From a virus, in the IMG/VR virus record IMGVR_UViG_3300039425_000002: DNA of 64,000 nucleotides. One strand, given 5' to 3'. A program made the position numbers and the translations under genes. Below, one piece after another: positions 1 to 10,200 of this stretch. Each line of letters begins with the position of its first letter. Position 1 is the first letter of the stretch. The notes under the pieces were generated by a model that ran no database searches, was not told the DNA's origin, and worked only from the letters and a program-made list of their open reading frames with translations.

Positions 1-381
1 ATCAGTCGATATGCACCGCGCTATAAACGGTACAAGTCTTATAAAGCCCTAGCCCCTGGTGCGTGGTATAGAACGGCGGAGGTTAATGAATATGTTCCTT
101 TGTACTTTGATATTCTGTCCAAGCTAGACGCTCAAACCGTTTATGACGAATTGATTGCGCTTGCTGCTCCTTATGAGCCAATCCTACTTTGCTACGAGGA
201 CGTTTCAAAAGATTGGTGTCACAGGCGATTTGTTGCAGATTGGATTCATGCTGAGCTTGGCATCGAGGTTCCAGAGGGTAAATTCATCAACGGCGCTTGT
301 GTGCCTAACTCTATGCAATATGATTCAATACCTAACCTTAAACTGACAGCTGAAGTCAGTCCACAACTCAATCTGTTCTAA
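1..381 (+). CDS. DUF488-family protein (5'-truncated by window edge)
   Basis: Frame is open from base 1 (ISRYAPRY...LAPGAW); LLCYE...WCHRRFVA motif typical of DUF488. Confidence 0.65.
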   Translation: MSRYAPRYKRYKSYKALAPGAWYRTAEVNEYVPLYFDILSKLDAQTVYDELIALAAPYEPILLCYEDVSKDWCHRRFVADWIHAELGIEVPEGKFINGACVPNSMQYDSIPNLKLTAEVSPQLNLF

Positions 382-384
382 GCA

Positions 385-807
385 TTGACACTCCTCAGCC
401 TGAAGGCATGAGGATTCTTGGTTCATCAAGTCCACTTAACTTAAATCCCTTGCAGTATTTAAGCCAGAGGTGGTTCTTTCCCCAAGCGTTGACTTTCCGA
501 GTGCCCCTCGGTAGTTGTATTTCTACAAAGTTTGTTTGAATTAGCTATTAGTTTTAGCTAAAAACTGGTCGCCTAGTTCCTGCAAATCTTTTACCTACTT
601 TCAGGCTGCTCAACAATGCTTGTTGAGCAACTAGGACAACAAAGTAGAACCCTTTAGATTTGATTGTCAAGGTACAGTGTTACCATTTAGGTACTAGGGT
701 TTTTACGAGGTTGATTACCCCACCTCGTGTTTAAATATACCAGACTTAAAACAACAAAGTCAAGCAAAGCCGTCTTAGAAAGACGGGGTTTTAGACCCAA
801 AATTTCG
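385..807 (-). mobile_element. Non-autonomous IS200/IS605 derivative (PATE-like) retaining omegaRNA-like right end
   Basis: Minus strand ends GAATCCTCATGCCTTCAGGCTGAGGAGTGTCAA (right-end hairpin + TCAA); left-end hairpin ccgtctt-aga-aagacgg near 770-786; no long ORF inside. Confidence 0.7.
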
Positions 808-809
808 AT

Positions 810-843
810 AAAACGCCTGAAATCTTTGTATGTCAGGCGTTTT
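810..843. terminator. Stem-loop, likely bidirectional terminator
   Basis: aaaacgcctga...tcaggcgtttt inverted repeat with A/T tails. Confidence 0.5.
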
Positions 844-909
844 CTTATTGGCATTATTAGACTACGATGTTATATTAAATATATACAAAACAAACCAATC
901 TAAAAAGCC

Positions 910-1791
910 ATGACCTTCGTAGCACAAGTTCAATCCCGCAAAATTGACAGCATCCACCCAAATCCTAACCAGCCCCGTAAGTTCTTCGATCAAGCTGAAC
1001 TTGAGAACCTAGCTGAGTCCATCAAGGTTAACGGTTTGCTACAACCGATTACAATTACTAAGCAAGGGTTGCTGGTTGCAGGCGAGCGCCGCTTCCGCGC
1101 CTGTCAACTACTCGGAATGACAACTATTCCTTGCATCGTTAAGGACATGACAGACGAACAGGTTGCGACTGCCGCTATTATCGAAAACCTCCAGCGCCGC
1201 GACGTTACACCTATGGAGGAAGCTCGTGCCTATCAGGAAATGCTCGACAACGGTTATGCCATTGATGTTAAGGATTTAGCCAAAAAATTGGGCATTAAAC
1301 AGCACTTCCGCGTCAGCGATCGCCTTAAACTTCTCAAGTGCATTCCAGCTGCACAGCAAGCATTTACTAATGGTCAAGTCACGAGCAATGGTGCATGGTA
1401 TTTGGCACAATTGGACGAGCGCAAACAGCAACTACTACTTGATGCCATCCTGAAGGGTAAGTGCACAACTGATGCTAAACTCAAGGCTCAGTATGAAGCA
1501 GTCCAGTCGCTCAATACAGAGATGGCAATTGAAGAAACCGGGCTTGGCTTAAATGTGCCAGACCCCAAGATTCAATCCCAAGTCAATACTCTCCAGTTGC
1601 AGATCGAGTCAATTGCCGCAAACCTAAGCAGCATCGCTACCAACGAAGTAATTGAAAAAGCAGACGGGTATATCCCGAATCATCAAGCCGAAGTCATGGC
1701 GCAGATATTAGCTAACTTGGCTAAAACTGCCAAGCAACTCGAAGGACAGATGTTAAAACAGGCAGCCTCAAGCCAGTTAAGGGCAGTTTGA
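910..1791 (+). CDS. parB: ParB/Spo0J family partition protein
   Basis: PNPNQPRKFF, GLLQPI, AGERRFRA, IENLQRRD motifs. Confidence 0.9.
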   Translation: MTFVAQVQSRKIDSIHPNPNQPRKFFDQAELENLAESIKVNGLLQPITITKQGLLVAGERRFRACQLLGMTTIPCIVKDMTDEQVATAAIIENLQRRDVTPMEEARAYQEMLDNGYAIDVKDLAKKLGIKQHFRVSDRLKLLKCIPAAQQAFTNGQVTSNGAWYLAQLDERKQQLLLDAILKGKCTTDAKLKAQYEAVQSLNTEMAIEETGLGLNVPDPKIQSQVNTLQLQIESIAANLSSIATNEVIEKADGYIPNHQAEVMAQILANLAKTAKQLEGQMLKQAASSQLRAV

Positions 1792-1852
1792 TTCGGTTCA
1801 AAATTAACCAAGCGAGGTTTCCCCCTCGCCTTATTCGCTTTCATAGACTACG

Positions 1853-2152
1853 ATGGGAGCATATTTACAATCTAAAAAGATGCCCCATTCTAAACGAGAA
1901 ATTGACAATTGCCCCCATACAGACCGACCATACTATGCGAAGGGACGTTGCAAAAGCTGCTACCAAAAGGATTTTCTCAAGCGCAAGAGTGCTGATGTAG
2001 ATTACGAACTAAGCGAGAAGGGACGAGAGCGTAAAGCAAAATACGAATCGCAAGAAAAGGCAAGGGAGCGGAAACGACGTTGGGCGAAGAAGAACAGGGA
2101 AAAATCGTTGAATCAGGAATCACACGACTACAAGTCGCGTAAGGTTCAATAG
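1853..2152 (+). CDS. Hypothetical basic protein with Cys/His motif
   Basis: CPH...YAKGRCKSCY followed by a K/R-rich tail. Confidence 0.5.
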   Translation: MGAYLQSKKMPHSKREIDNCPHTDRPYYAKGRCKSCYQKDFLKRKSADVDYELSEKGRERKAKYESQEKARERKRRWAKKNREKSLNQESHDYKSRKVQ

Positions 2153-2251
2153 GAAGCGATCGCTAACTCTTCACATTATTTCCGTACCCCTAGCATTATC
2201 ATCTTCATTTTCTAAAAGCCAGTATATAGGGGTCAATTCTACCCGCCTTTT

Positions 2252-2632
2252 ATGCTGAAGAATTTTCCCTTAACTGTTGCTGCCGTTGCCACTGTTTTAA
2301 CCACTACAGTCACTGGTGCAATGCTTGCACCATCAGCTACTGCTGGCTCCACTACAAACTTTCAAGGGGTAGGAGCAAAAGTTAGCGTTTACAATATCAA
2401 TTTTGATGGTGAAAAATTCATCGGACAAATACTGAATCGTACAGGGAAAACGCTCCATTTCCTCAAATTGCATTATCGGTTGTTAGATGGGCAAGGGCAA
2501 TTGGTTGATGTAGGAAGCGTCTATATACTCGAAGATCAACTTAAAGGCTCGCAGAACGGAGCATTTAGAGTTCGCGTTTGGGATACTGGTGCTACTAACT
2601 TAGTAATCACGTCTGCGGAATGGTTGGATTAG
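2252..2632 (+). CDS. Secreted FxLYD-like domain protein
   Basis: N-terminal signal peptide; GQILNRTG...YRLLDGQGQLVD. Confidence 0.6.
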   Translation: MLKNFPLTVAAVATVLTTTVTGAMLAPSATAGSTTNFQGVGAKVSVYNINFDGEKFIGQILNRTGKTLHFLKLHYRLLDGQGQLVDVGSVYILEDQLKGSQNGAFRVRVWDTGATNLVITSAEWLD

Positions 2633-2693
2633 CTCTTTCCAGCGCTTAACCAGCCTCAAAGCTTTTGCAAGGCTTGTATCCCAACTTTTTCGG

Positions 2694-3089
2694 TCAACCT
2701 GAAGTCCCTCCGTTGCTATCATGCCGCTGACTTGTCAAATACTCCCAGATTAATGCTCTTTCTTGCTCAGCGTTGTCAGCTACTAAGCTGATTGTCTGAA
2801 AGGCAATATCAATATCATCACGCAGCTGATTTAGCTGTTCTTGGGCTGCCTGTTGACGCTCTACCAAACGATCAATCCGTTCGTCAGTTGCCTGTTGGCG
2901 CTCTACCAAACGATCAATCCGTTCGTCAGTTGCCTGTTGGCGCTCTACCAAACGATCAATCCGTTCGTCAGTTGCTTCCATCCGGTCAGCAGTGGCTTCG
3001 TACCGTCTGGCTACCGTCAATAAGATATTTGTGACGGCTTCGAGGTCATTCTCTATTCTGTCTAAGCGATCGCTGTTACCACCAGTCAA
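2694..3089 (-). CDS. Coiled-coil protein with 14-aa tandem repeats
   Basis: ATDERIDRLVERQQ x3. Confidence 0.7.
   Translation of the reverse strand: MTGGNSDRLDRIENDLEAVTNILLTVARRYEATADRMEATDERIDRLVERQQATDERIDRLVERQQATDERIDRLVERQQAAQEQLNQLRDDIDIAFQTISLVADNAEQERALIWEYLTSQRHDSNGGTSG
2847..2975. repeat. 42-bp tandem repeat, about 3 copies
   Basis: tgcctgttg(a/g)cgctctaccaaacgatcaatccgttcgtcagt repeated. Confidence 0.95.
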
Positions 3090-3376
3090 AACCCTGCCCC
3101 TCCGCTAACTTTGGCTACAACAAAAGCGATCGCGGCACTGAGTAAGGCAATTCCAACACCGAAAAAGGCACTACTATTAACTTGCATTTGACGCATACTC
3201 AAATCAGCAAGGCGGTTGTCCCAGTTTGTGAAGCGCTTATCAATATTGTCAAACCGCGTCTCTAAAAAACCAAATCGTAGTTCTAGCCTCTCTAAGCGCT
3301 GGTTGAGCCTTTGTTCCATCGCTTCTAGTTGCTTCATTATGTCGGCTAAGGTTGGTTCATTGGCTGGGTTAGTCAT
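3086..3376 (-). CDS. Coiled-coil protein with C-terminal TM helix
   Basis: Heptad pattern then hydrophobic FFGVGIALLSAAIAFVV. Confidence 0.65.
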   Translation of the reverse strand: MTNPANEPTLADIMKQLEAMEQRLNQRLERLELRFGFLETRFDNIDKRFTNWDNRLADLSMRQMQVNSSAFFGVGIALLSAAIAFVVAKVSGGAGF

Positions 3377-3654
3377 GAAGCTATTCCTAAGTCTGGAGTG
3401 TACTCAATTAAATCGCTAGGAGTAAGTACCTTGCTTCCACCCTTCTCTTTGTATAAACGATTAAGTCCATTAAGGACACTGTTTATAGTTTCTCCGGTAA
3501 TCTGACCTAATTCGTCTGTCCGCTTCAGCTTAGATATAGTAACGCGATGCAAGCCAGAGCTTTCAGCCAACTCCTTGTTGCTGATGTTTTTTTCTGCCAT
3601 TAAAACTCGCAGTCGCCAGCGGATCATGTGCCGTGGTTCTAACTCTATAAACAT
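3373..3654 (-). CDS. XRE/Cro-C1 HTH transcriptional regulator
   Basis: LRVLMAEKNISNKELAESSGLHRVTISKL. Confidence 0.85.
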   Translation of the reverse strand: MFIELEPRHMIRWRLRVLMAEKNISNKELAESSGLHRVTISKLKRTDELGQITGETINSVLNGLNRLYKEKGGSKVLTPSDLIEYTPDLGIAS

Positions 3655-3723
3655 AGGCTTTCTTTAATAAATACTAGTATACAAATGCAGCAAGCTGGCT
3701 GCCACTAATATTATAGCCTATCT

Positions 3724-3783
3724 TATGTAGCTGGCTATATATTTTTGTAGTATTACTTGATTTTATGTAGCTAGCAAGCTACA
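3724..3783. promoter_or_regulatory. Operator-like palindromes in a divergent promoter region
   Basis: TGTAGC-tagcaa-GCTACA (3766-3783) and related tatgtagctggctata upstream. Confidence 0.5.
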
Positions 3784-3863
3784 CTATTAGATATAGAAAA
3801 AGGCGACCGACTCCTACATCTGACGCCCTTTCTATAGAACAAACTTCTACAAGGATTATATCA

Positions 3864-4115
3864 ATGATTTCAACTCAACGAGAAGCGATCGCTTCCACCA
3901 TCTCCGCCGACTCGCTCACCGAGGGCGACATCATTCGCCACCTAGGAAACAACTGGCAGGTTATATCTGAACCCCGCTACACCCGTCGAGGAATTGTTTT
4001 TGAGGTGCTATGGCTAGACCTAGAGCAGGACAATACTCAAGAGGTTTCTTTCGACCCACGCTGGCGCTTCGAGTTAGTTACTCACCAGCCCCAAGTTCAA
4101 CTGGAGGCAGCATGA
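3864..4115 (+). CDS. Hypothetical protein
   Basis: ORF with upstream aagga RBS; stop overlaps next ATG. Confidence 0.6.
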   Translation: MISTQREAIASTISADSLTEGDIIRHLGNNWQVISEPRYTRRGIVFEVLWLDLEQDNTQEVSFDPRWRFELVTHQPQVQLEAA

Positions 4116-4363
4116 ACGGATCTGATAAATTGCTGTCGATCGCCATGCAACGCTTGGTGAACCAAGCTCGCCAAAAAGCGTTTCTGGATGCTTTAATGCA
4201 TTTCCTTGAGGCGAGCTGGGAGCAGGACTTCCACACCGCCGATTTGTTTGGGGCTTTGAGTGCTTACTCAGCTAGAGAGAGGGACTTAGGATCCGAACAG
4301 ACGCGCCAAACTTGGGATACGGTTGCCATCCTGATGCAGATTGCGGCACAAGAAGCTAGGTAG
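4112..4363 (+). CDS. Hypothetical protein
   Basis: GGAGG RBS and ATGA coupling at 4112. Confidence 0.55.
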   Translation: MNGSDKLLSIAMQRLVNQARQKAFLDALMHFLEASWEQDFHTADLFGALSAYSARERDLGSEQTRQTWDTVAILMQIAAQEAR

Positions 4364-4423
4364 CTACCGTAAGGAACGGCGCTTTGTAGATATGCGGGGG
4401 ATTTCCCCCGCTTTAAGGAAACC

Positions 4424-4855
4424 ATGGAAGAACTACTAGAACTCAAACACCTGATCCAATCTGGAAAATACGACGATGCCCTGCTACTAGTGGAAGACTT
4501 AGAGGAGATGGGTAGAAAAGGACTTAAAAGCAATATTCGATCGCATGCCAAAATTCTCCTCCTCCACCTGATAAAACGACGGATAGAAAAGCGTACTACA
4601 AAATCCTGGGATGCATCCATTCAAAATGCTGCTAGCGAAATCAGATATTTGAACCAGCGGGAAAAGGGCAGAGGGAATTATCTGAGTGAAGAGGAATTGC
4701 ATGATGCTATCTCGTCAGCATGGAGCAATGCAGTTGTGAAAGCATCTGTCGAAGCAGCAGAAGGTATTTTTGAAGCAAGAGCTATTGAACAAATGGTTGA
4801 TCGAGAGGAAGTAATTGAGACTGCCAGGCAATTAATCCAGTCCCAAGAAGGTTAA
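4424..4855 (+). CDS. DUF29 family protein
   Basis: LEEMGR...ILLLHLIK...SWDASI. Confidence 0.8.
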   Translation: MEELLELKHLIQSGKYDDALLLVEDLEEMGRKGLKSNIRSHAKILLLHLIKRRIEKRTTKSWDASIQNAASEIRYLNQREKGRGNYLSEEELHDAISSAWSNAVVKASVEAAEGIFEARAIEQMVDREEVIETARQLIQSQEG

Positions 4856-5061
4856 TGGACACTTCTGGCATGAAAGTTCGCGAAGTTATAGAAATATTAG
4901 AGAGCGATGGTTGGTACTTAGCAAGAACAAGAGGTAGTCATCGACATTTCAAGCACCCTACCAAATTAGGTACGGTTACAGTGGCAGGCAAATTAAGCGT
5001 TGATGTACCAATAGGTACTCTAAAAAGCATTTGGCGACAGGCTCAACTGGAGGATAAATAA
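4855..5061 (+). CDS. hicA: HicA-family toxin (type II TA)
   Basis: GWYLARTRGSHRHFKHP...GTLKSI. Confidence 0.92.
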   Translation: MDTSGMKVREVIEILESDGWYLARTRGSHRHFKHPTKLGTVTVAGKLSVDVPIGTLKSIWRQAQLEDK

Positions 5062-5267
5062 TGCAGTACATAGTTTTAATTGAAAAGGGAGAAACGAGTT
5101 ATGGGGCATACGTTCCCGATTTGCCAGGTTGTGTAGCTGTGGGTGAGAGCTTAGATGAAGTCAGGAAGTTGATTCATCAAGCCATTGAATTTCACCTAGA
5201 AGAAATGCAAGCAGATGGTTTAGCAATTCCTGAACCAAAAACCAGTGCTGAATGTGTGGAGGTTTAG
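5061..5267 (+). CDS. hicB: HicB-family antitoxin
   Basis: YGAYVPDLPGCVAVGES...IPEP; coupled to hicA. Confidence 0.92.
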   Translation: MQYIVLIEKGETSYGAYVPDLPGCVAVGESLDEVRKLIHQAIEFHLEEMQADGLAIPEPKTSAECVEV

Positions 5268-5268
5268 G

Positions 5269-5362
5269 GTGAAAACTCTTGAATTCAAACTCAATGTCAC
5301 TCAACAGCAGCAAGCAACTATCGATGAATGGCTTGATGTCCAAAAATGGGTTTGGAGGAAGG
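5269..5362 (+). pseudogene. N-terminal remnant of a TnpB/C2c8-like gene
   Basis: GTG start after GGAGG; KTLEFKLNVTQQQQATIDEWLDVQKWVW parallels MKTLEFALHPNSSQQASLSGWLEALRWVW of the 55265 protein. Confidence 0.6.
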
Positions 5363-5467
5363 GTTGCCTATTCCTGAATCAACAACTCAAGCGCTCGTTG
5401 TGGAAGTTCAAATTCCGCAGAGCGATCGCTTGGAGCCAAGATAGCTTACAAAAAGCTTTGAGGCTGG

Positions 5468-6800
5468 TTGACACTCTTCGACCTAAAGGTACGAGGATTC
5501 TTGCTTCACGGGGATTCCAATGAATTTACCCTCAGCAAGCATCTTGACCGTATGCCCTACGGCTGCAAGTCCCCGAATGAGGACCACTTGAGCGGCTGCC
5601 ACATCCCTGTCTGTGGTATAACCGCAATTTGAACAAACATGAGTACGTTCCGAGAGTTCTTTCTTGCCTGTCTCAACACCACAACTAGGGCAAATCTGGC
5701 TGGTTTTGCGACTGTCTACTTTTTGGAAATAAACATCACGCTTAAAACAGGTTTGCTCTAGGATGTTAAAGAATTGCCCAAATCCAGCATCTAAACAATG
5801 CTTACCCAGCATTCCACGAGATAAGCCGACTAAATTTAGATCCTCAACAAATATCATTCCGGTATTGTTGCAGATTTGGTGAGACAATTTCCTATGCCAG
5901 TCTTTACGACAGTTAGCAACATACTCATGCAGTTTTGCAACCTTCTTCTGTGCTTTGTACCAATTGTTCCAGCCAATACGTTTTTTGGAGACGCGCTGTT
6001 GCAGTAATTTCAGCTTGTTTTCGGCATCTACAAAAAATCTCGGACGCTTGATAGTTAGTCCATTAGAAGTTGCAATAAAAGTAGTTAAACCAACATCAAT
6101 CCCTATTGCCTCTCCCTGTGGCATTGGCTGGGGTACAGATACATCCCATTGAACAGTTAGCATCACATACCATCCAGAAATTCGTTTAACCACACGAGCT
6201 TGTTTGACTACGCCCCCATCTGGAATTGACCTTGATTGACGTACTTTTACCGTACCAATCACAGGCAATTTGACATATCCATTGCTTAGTGGATTTGTCC
6301 CTAACTGGGGAAAAGAGAAGGACCGCATCCGTCCAGGCTTTTTGAATCTGGGGAAGCCATGATTTTGTTCCCACATACTGACAAAAGCCTTTTCCAATCG
6401 CCTCAACGTCTGCTGTAAAGATTGAGCATTGACACGTTTTAAATACTCACTTTTTTTGCGTGCAGCAGTCAAAGACTTGCACTGACTAGCAAAAGTTGGA
6501 CGGGGAGTATCAGCAGGGATGATGTATTCAGAATGAAGTGAGCAAGCGTTAACTTGGCAACTACGAGACTTATACCAATCCTTGCGCTCTGCTAAAGCAT
6601 GGTTGTAAACCCGTCTATGGGTTTCTAGCCATTCCTCAAACATCGCAACTTGGGACTGTATTGGTTTTAATTTAAACTCGTAAGTCAGGTTAAACACTTA
6701 ATTACCTCCTGACTTATTTTAACACATCTAATAATCGTTATTACGGTTTTTAGAATAAAGTTGCTCTCTTATGGGCGAGGCTCTAACCCCATGTTCTTGT
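5468..6800 (-). mobile_element. IS200/IS605 family element (tnpB only, IS1341-like)
   Basis: tnpB ORF; minus-strand right end ...GAAGAGTGTCAA at 5468; left end approximate. Confidence 0.75.
5483..6697 (-). CDS. tnpB: TnpB RNA-guided endonuclease, catalytic triad intact
   Basis: GIDVG, VEDL, CPSCG/CSNCG zinc finger, DRD. Confidence 0.95.
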   Translation of the reverse strand: MFNLTYEFKLKPIQSQVAMFEEWLETHRRVYNHALAERKDWYKSRSCQVNACSLHSEYIIPADTPRPTFASQCKSLTAARKKSEYLKRVNAQSLQQTLRRLEKAFVSMWEQNHGFPRFKKPGRMRSFSFPQLGTNPLSNGYVKLPVIGTVKVRQSRSIPDGGVVKQARVVKRISGWYVMLTVQWDVSVPQPMPQGEAIGIDVGLTTFIATSNGLTIKRPRFFVDAENKLKLLQQRVSKKRIGWNNWYKAQKKVAKLHEYVANCRKDWHRKLSHQICNNTGMIFVEDLNLVGLSRGMLGKHCLDAGFGQFFNILEQTCFKRDVYFQKVDSRKTSQICPSCGVETGKKELSERTHVCSNCGYTTDRDVAAAQVVLIRGLAAVGHTVKMLAEGKFIGIPVKQESSYL

Positions 6801-6983
6801 GGTAGATGTTGGAAGAGAGGATTGAGCAAGGGAGTGATCGCGCCCTGCTCCTGCCTTACAAAAGCTTCGAAGCTGGGTAGAGGTTAGAAGGGAAGAGCTT
6901 GATTGGTTTGGAGAGCGATCAGCTAAATCTTTACACAATTTCAGTATCTACCACAATCACTTTTAACGTTCGAGCAGTCAAGA

Positions 6984-7277
6984 TTGAGATTATTACACTG
7001 TGACAAAATGGCTACTTTAAAAACTTGTCCTGATTGCGGATATAAAGTATCTCCGAAAGCTACCAGCTGCCCTCGCTGTGGCAGACCGAACCCTGCTGGC
7101 GTTTCACCAGCTTATCTGGCTGCCCAAATTTTAGTTTCCGTTGGTGGGGTTGTAATTGTGCTAGGAATGATCGGTTCTGCGCTCAATCCTCGTAATGGTT
7201 TAGCCAATGACCCTCAACTTCTTCAGATGAGTGAGGCAGCCAAGGCGGCAGCCGAAGCATTTGGCGTGCAAGAATGA
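6984..7277 (+). CDS. Zinc-ribbon membrane protein
   Basis: CPDCG...CPRCG plus a TM segment; start probably at the internal MATLK. Confidence 0.7.
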   Translation: MRLLHCDKMATLKTCPDCGYKVSPKATSCPRCGRPNPAGVSPAYLAAQILVSVGGVVIVLGMIGSALNPRNGLANDPQLLQMSEAAKAAAEAFGVQE

Positions 7278-7281
7278 AATA

Positions 7282-10200
7282 CTAACCTAACCCCGAAGCG
7301 ACAACTGACTGACGCGCAATATCACTCCAAATTCTCGCTCCATCGGAAACCGGCGAAGGGGAAGAAACATTCAAAGTTCTGGGAGAGGCGATCGCTGTCT
7401 TGTTGGCATCGATTAACTCGCGCAGACAGGTCACAATATCCCGGTTAGCTTCTTTCAACCCGCCCACAAACTGAGCGTACCCAGTAGTTTGGGCTGGGAC
7501 TTCAACTGGTTTAGCAGCAGCTGAAAGTTGTGAAACCGTTGACGATTCAATTAGACCTAACTGGCGGTTAAAGTAATTCTCAACTGATTCACGGGGATTA
7601 AGTCCTAAGCTTCTTTTGTATTGGCTTTCAGCTGACTCTAACGGGTCAAGGCCTAAGCGCCGTTTAAAGAATGCTTCCACCGAAGTGCGCGGATTCAACC
7701 CTTGGTGTCTAGATTGATCCGGAGGTAAATAAGTGGTGGTTTTAATCTCAGGTAATTGATTTCGAGCCGCTTCAAGCAAGGTAGGTTTGCGTTTAGATTT
7801 ACTGTCAGACAGATCCTCAAGTCCAGCAGAGGGAGTTATTGCGTTTTCCACTCTTCGACTGGCTGCTGCCTCTGCCCGCTCCAACCCTTCTGCCTGCTGT
7901 CGAGCGCTTTCTGCTGCATTCGCTTGGTCGAGCGCCGCTTGTTGGGTTGCGGATTGCGCGCGAAGTGCATTATCAGCTAATTCACCCTGGATTTTCAAAT
8001 TTTCTTTAGAGTTGGCGAGTTGTTTGTTGGATAGCTCCAATTGGCGGTTAGCAATCTCCAGTCCCACCTCGGCTGCCTTGATTGCCACAGTATCATTCGT
8101 TGCCCTTGCCTTGCTTAAAGCAGCAGATGCCTCTATTTGTGCTTGAGTTGCTCGTAATACCCCAATTTCTGCTTCAAACTCCGCTGTTTGTGCCGCGATC
8201 GCTTGTCTTTGTAAGTCTAATTTCAGTGATTCTCTCTGATATTCTTGCTCAGCCTGAAGTGCAGCCAGCCGCTTGTTGGCAATATCCTCCTCAATCGCCT
8301 GCCGGCGCCGGACGATCTCTAATTCAGAAGCCCCGGAACTAAATCCTGCATCGCGTAGAGAGTTACCAATTTCCCGCCGTACCTCTGGATCTAGGTCCTG
8401 ATCATCAAGCTTCTTACGTAGTTCTAATGCCCGATTCACGGTATCCAGTTCCGCTTGTTCAGAAGCGATCGCAGCATCCGATAAAGCCTTACGCAGGTCG
8501 AACCGACTTTGTTCTAATTGGGAAGTGCGCTCAACACTAGCATTTAGTAAGTCCTGAGCCGCTTTTTGCTGCTCAATCCCAGAAATTGCTAGATCCGACT
8601 GATTCTTCTGCGCTTGGATCTGGACATCAATCCTATGAATTACTTCATCCCGATGCAGCTTCTCCTGGTCAATTTCCAGATCGACTAATCTGCCATTAGC
8701 ATCTGCTAATTGCTGCTGAAGCTGAAGGCGCTTTTGAGTAGCTTCTTTAGCACTGATGTACTTATTTTGCTCGGCAATGCGAGTCTGTTCCAACTCGGTT
8801 TGAATCAGTCCAATTCGTTCATTTGTCGCTATTTTCTCTGCATCAATATTTTCTCTCTGAACTGCGAACTCCCCTACTCTTTGGTCCCCAGGAGTTCGGA
8901 GTAGTTGTAGCTGTTGCTGCTTAGCTTGAGTATTGCGGAGAGTCTGGTTCTTTTGGATCGCCGCTTCAACCTTTTGGTTTGCCTGCTCAATGCCATTCAA
9001 AATCTGCTTGTTGATCTCTTCTCTGACCGCCAATTCCTGCTCAGCTAGTTGGCGCTTCAAGCTCGACTGCTGAAGGACTAATTCCCGTTCTTTACTATCG
9101 AATAGCTCAGCACTGATAAGCCCTTGGCTGTGGTAGTCCCTGAGATTTTGTAGTTGGATATCAACACTTTGCTTTTGTTTGGTCGTGGCATCAGCCTGGA
9201 TGCGAGCTAAATCTACCGCCGCCTGTTCTTCAGTCAAGGTACGTTCAGAAATCGCTTTTTTAACAGCGATCGTCCGTGCATCTTCACTTTGTTGAATAAT
9301 TGCTTGGGTGCGCGCTGCGACGTGTTGAATCGAGTCGATCGCTTGAGCTTGTGCCTCAGAGCGAACCCTACCTTCAGCTTCATAAAATTGGGTACGAGCT
9401 TCATGCAGTTTAAGCTGTGCCTCTTTCGCTGTTTTCAGGGTTTCGAGAATGCTTTTATCCTCATCCTTGGTACTGGGAAGATCCAACAGCCCTTGGATGT
9501 CGGCAGCAGTGCTTTGGGGAGTCAAGCCAAAGCGGTCGAGTACGGGTTTGAAGCTAGGTTGGGCGATCGCTGCCTGTTTACCTGCAAAATCCCGCTCCAA
9601 TGCTTGCAGATCTTTAGCTAAGCGATCGCGCTCGGCTTGTGCTGCTGCCAAAGATGCCCGTCGGGATGCGAAGATGTCGCCGCTGAATCCACCTAACTGG
9701 TTTTTAGCAATCGTTTCGCGTTGCGTGGCAAAGGCGAGCTGGGATTGTTCGGCTGTTTTCGCTAGTTCCAGGTTTAGCTTGCGGAAGGCATCGGTCATCG
9801 CCAGGATTGGGTCAGCCTTTGTGGTCGCAAGCAGGTCAGCTAAAGCATCCCTGGCGGGTTCAGCTTTGGCTATTACTTGTTCCAGTTCTTTACGAATTGG
9901 AGCAACGAATTCTTCGCCACCGTAGCTGGCGATTGTAGCGGGGTCAGAGAGGGATTTAAGAGTAGCTTTGGTGATCTCAACACTGCGGTTTAACCTGTTG
10001 AACTGGTCGACTCCCTCTTTAGAGAATTGCTGCTGTTTGGCGATCGCATCATTGTAGGCAGCATCTAGTTCTTCCTTCTGAGTCTTGAAGGTTGTGGGTA
10101 CAGCAAGTCCTTTGTCGCTAAACTCGCGCTGAATTTGCCCTTCTAGTGTTTTGCGTCTGTTTGCGATTTCCTGAATGTCTACCTCGATTTGGGGCAAGAG

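Noticed and set aside
2847..2975. Possible mini CRISPR array
   Set aside because: Head-to-tail 42-bp units with no spacers; in-frame coding repeat
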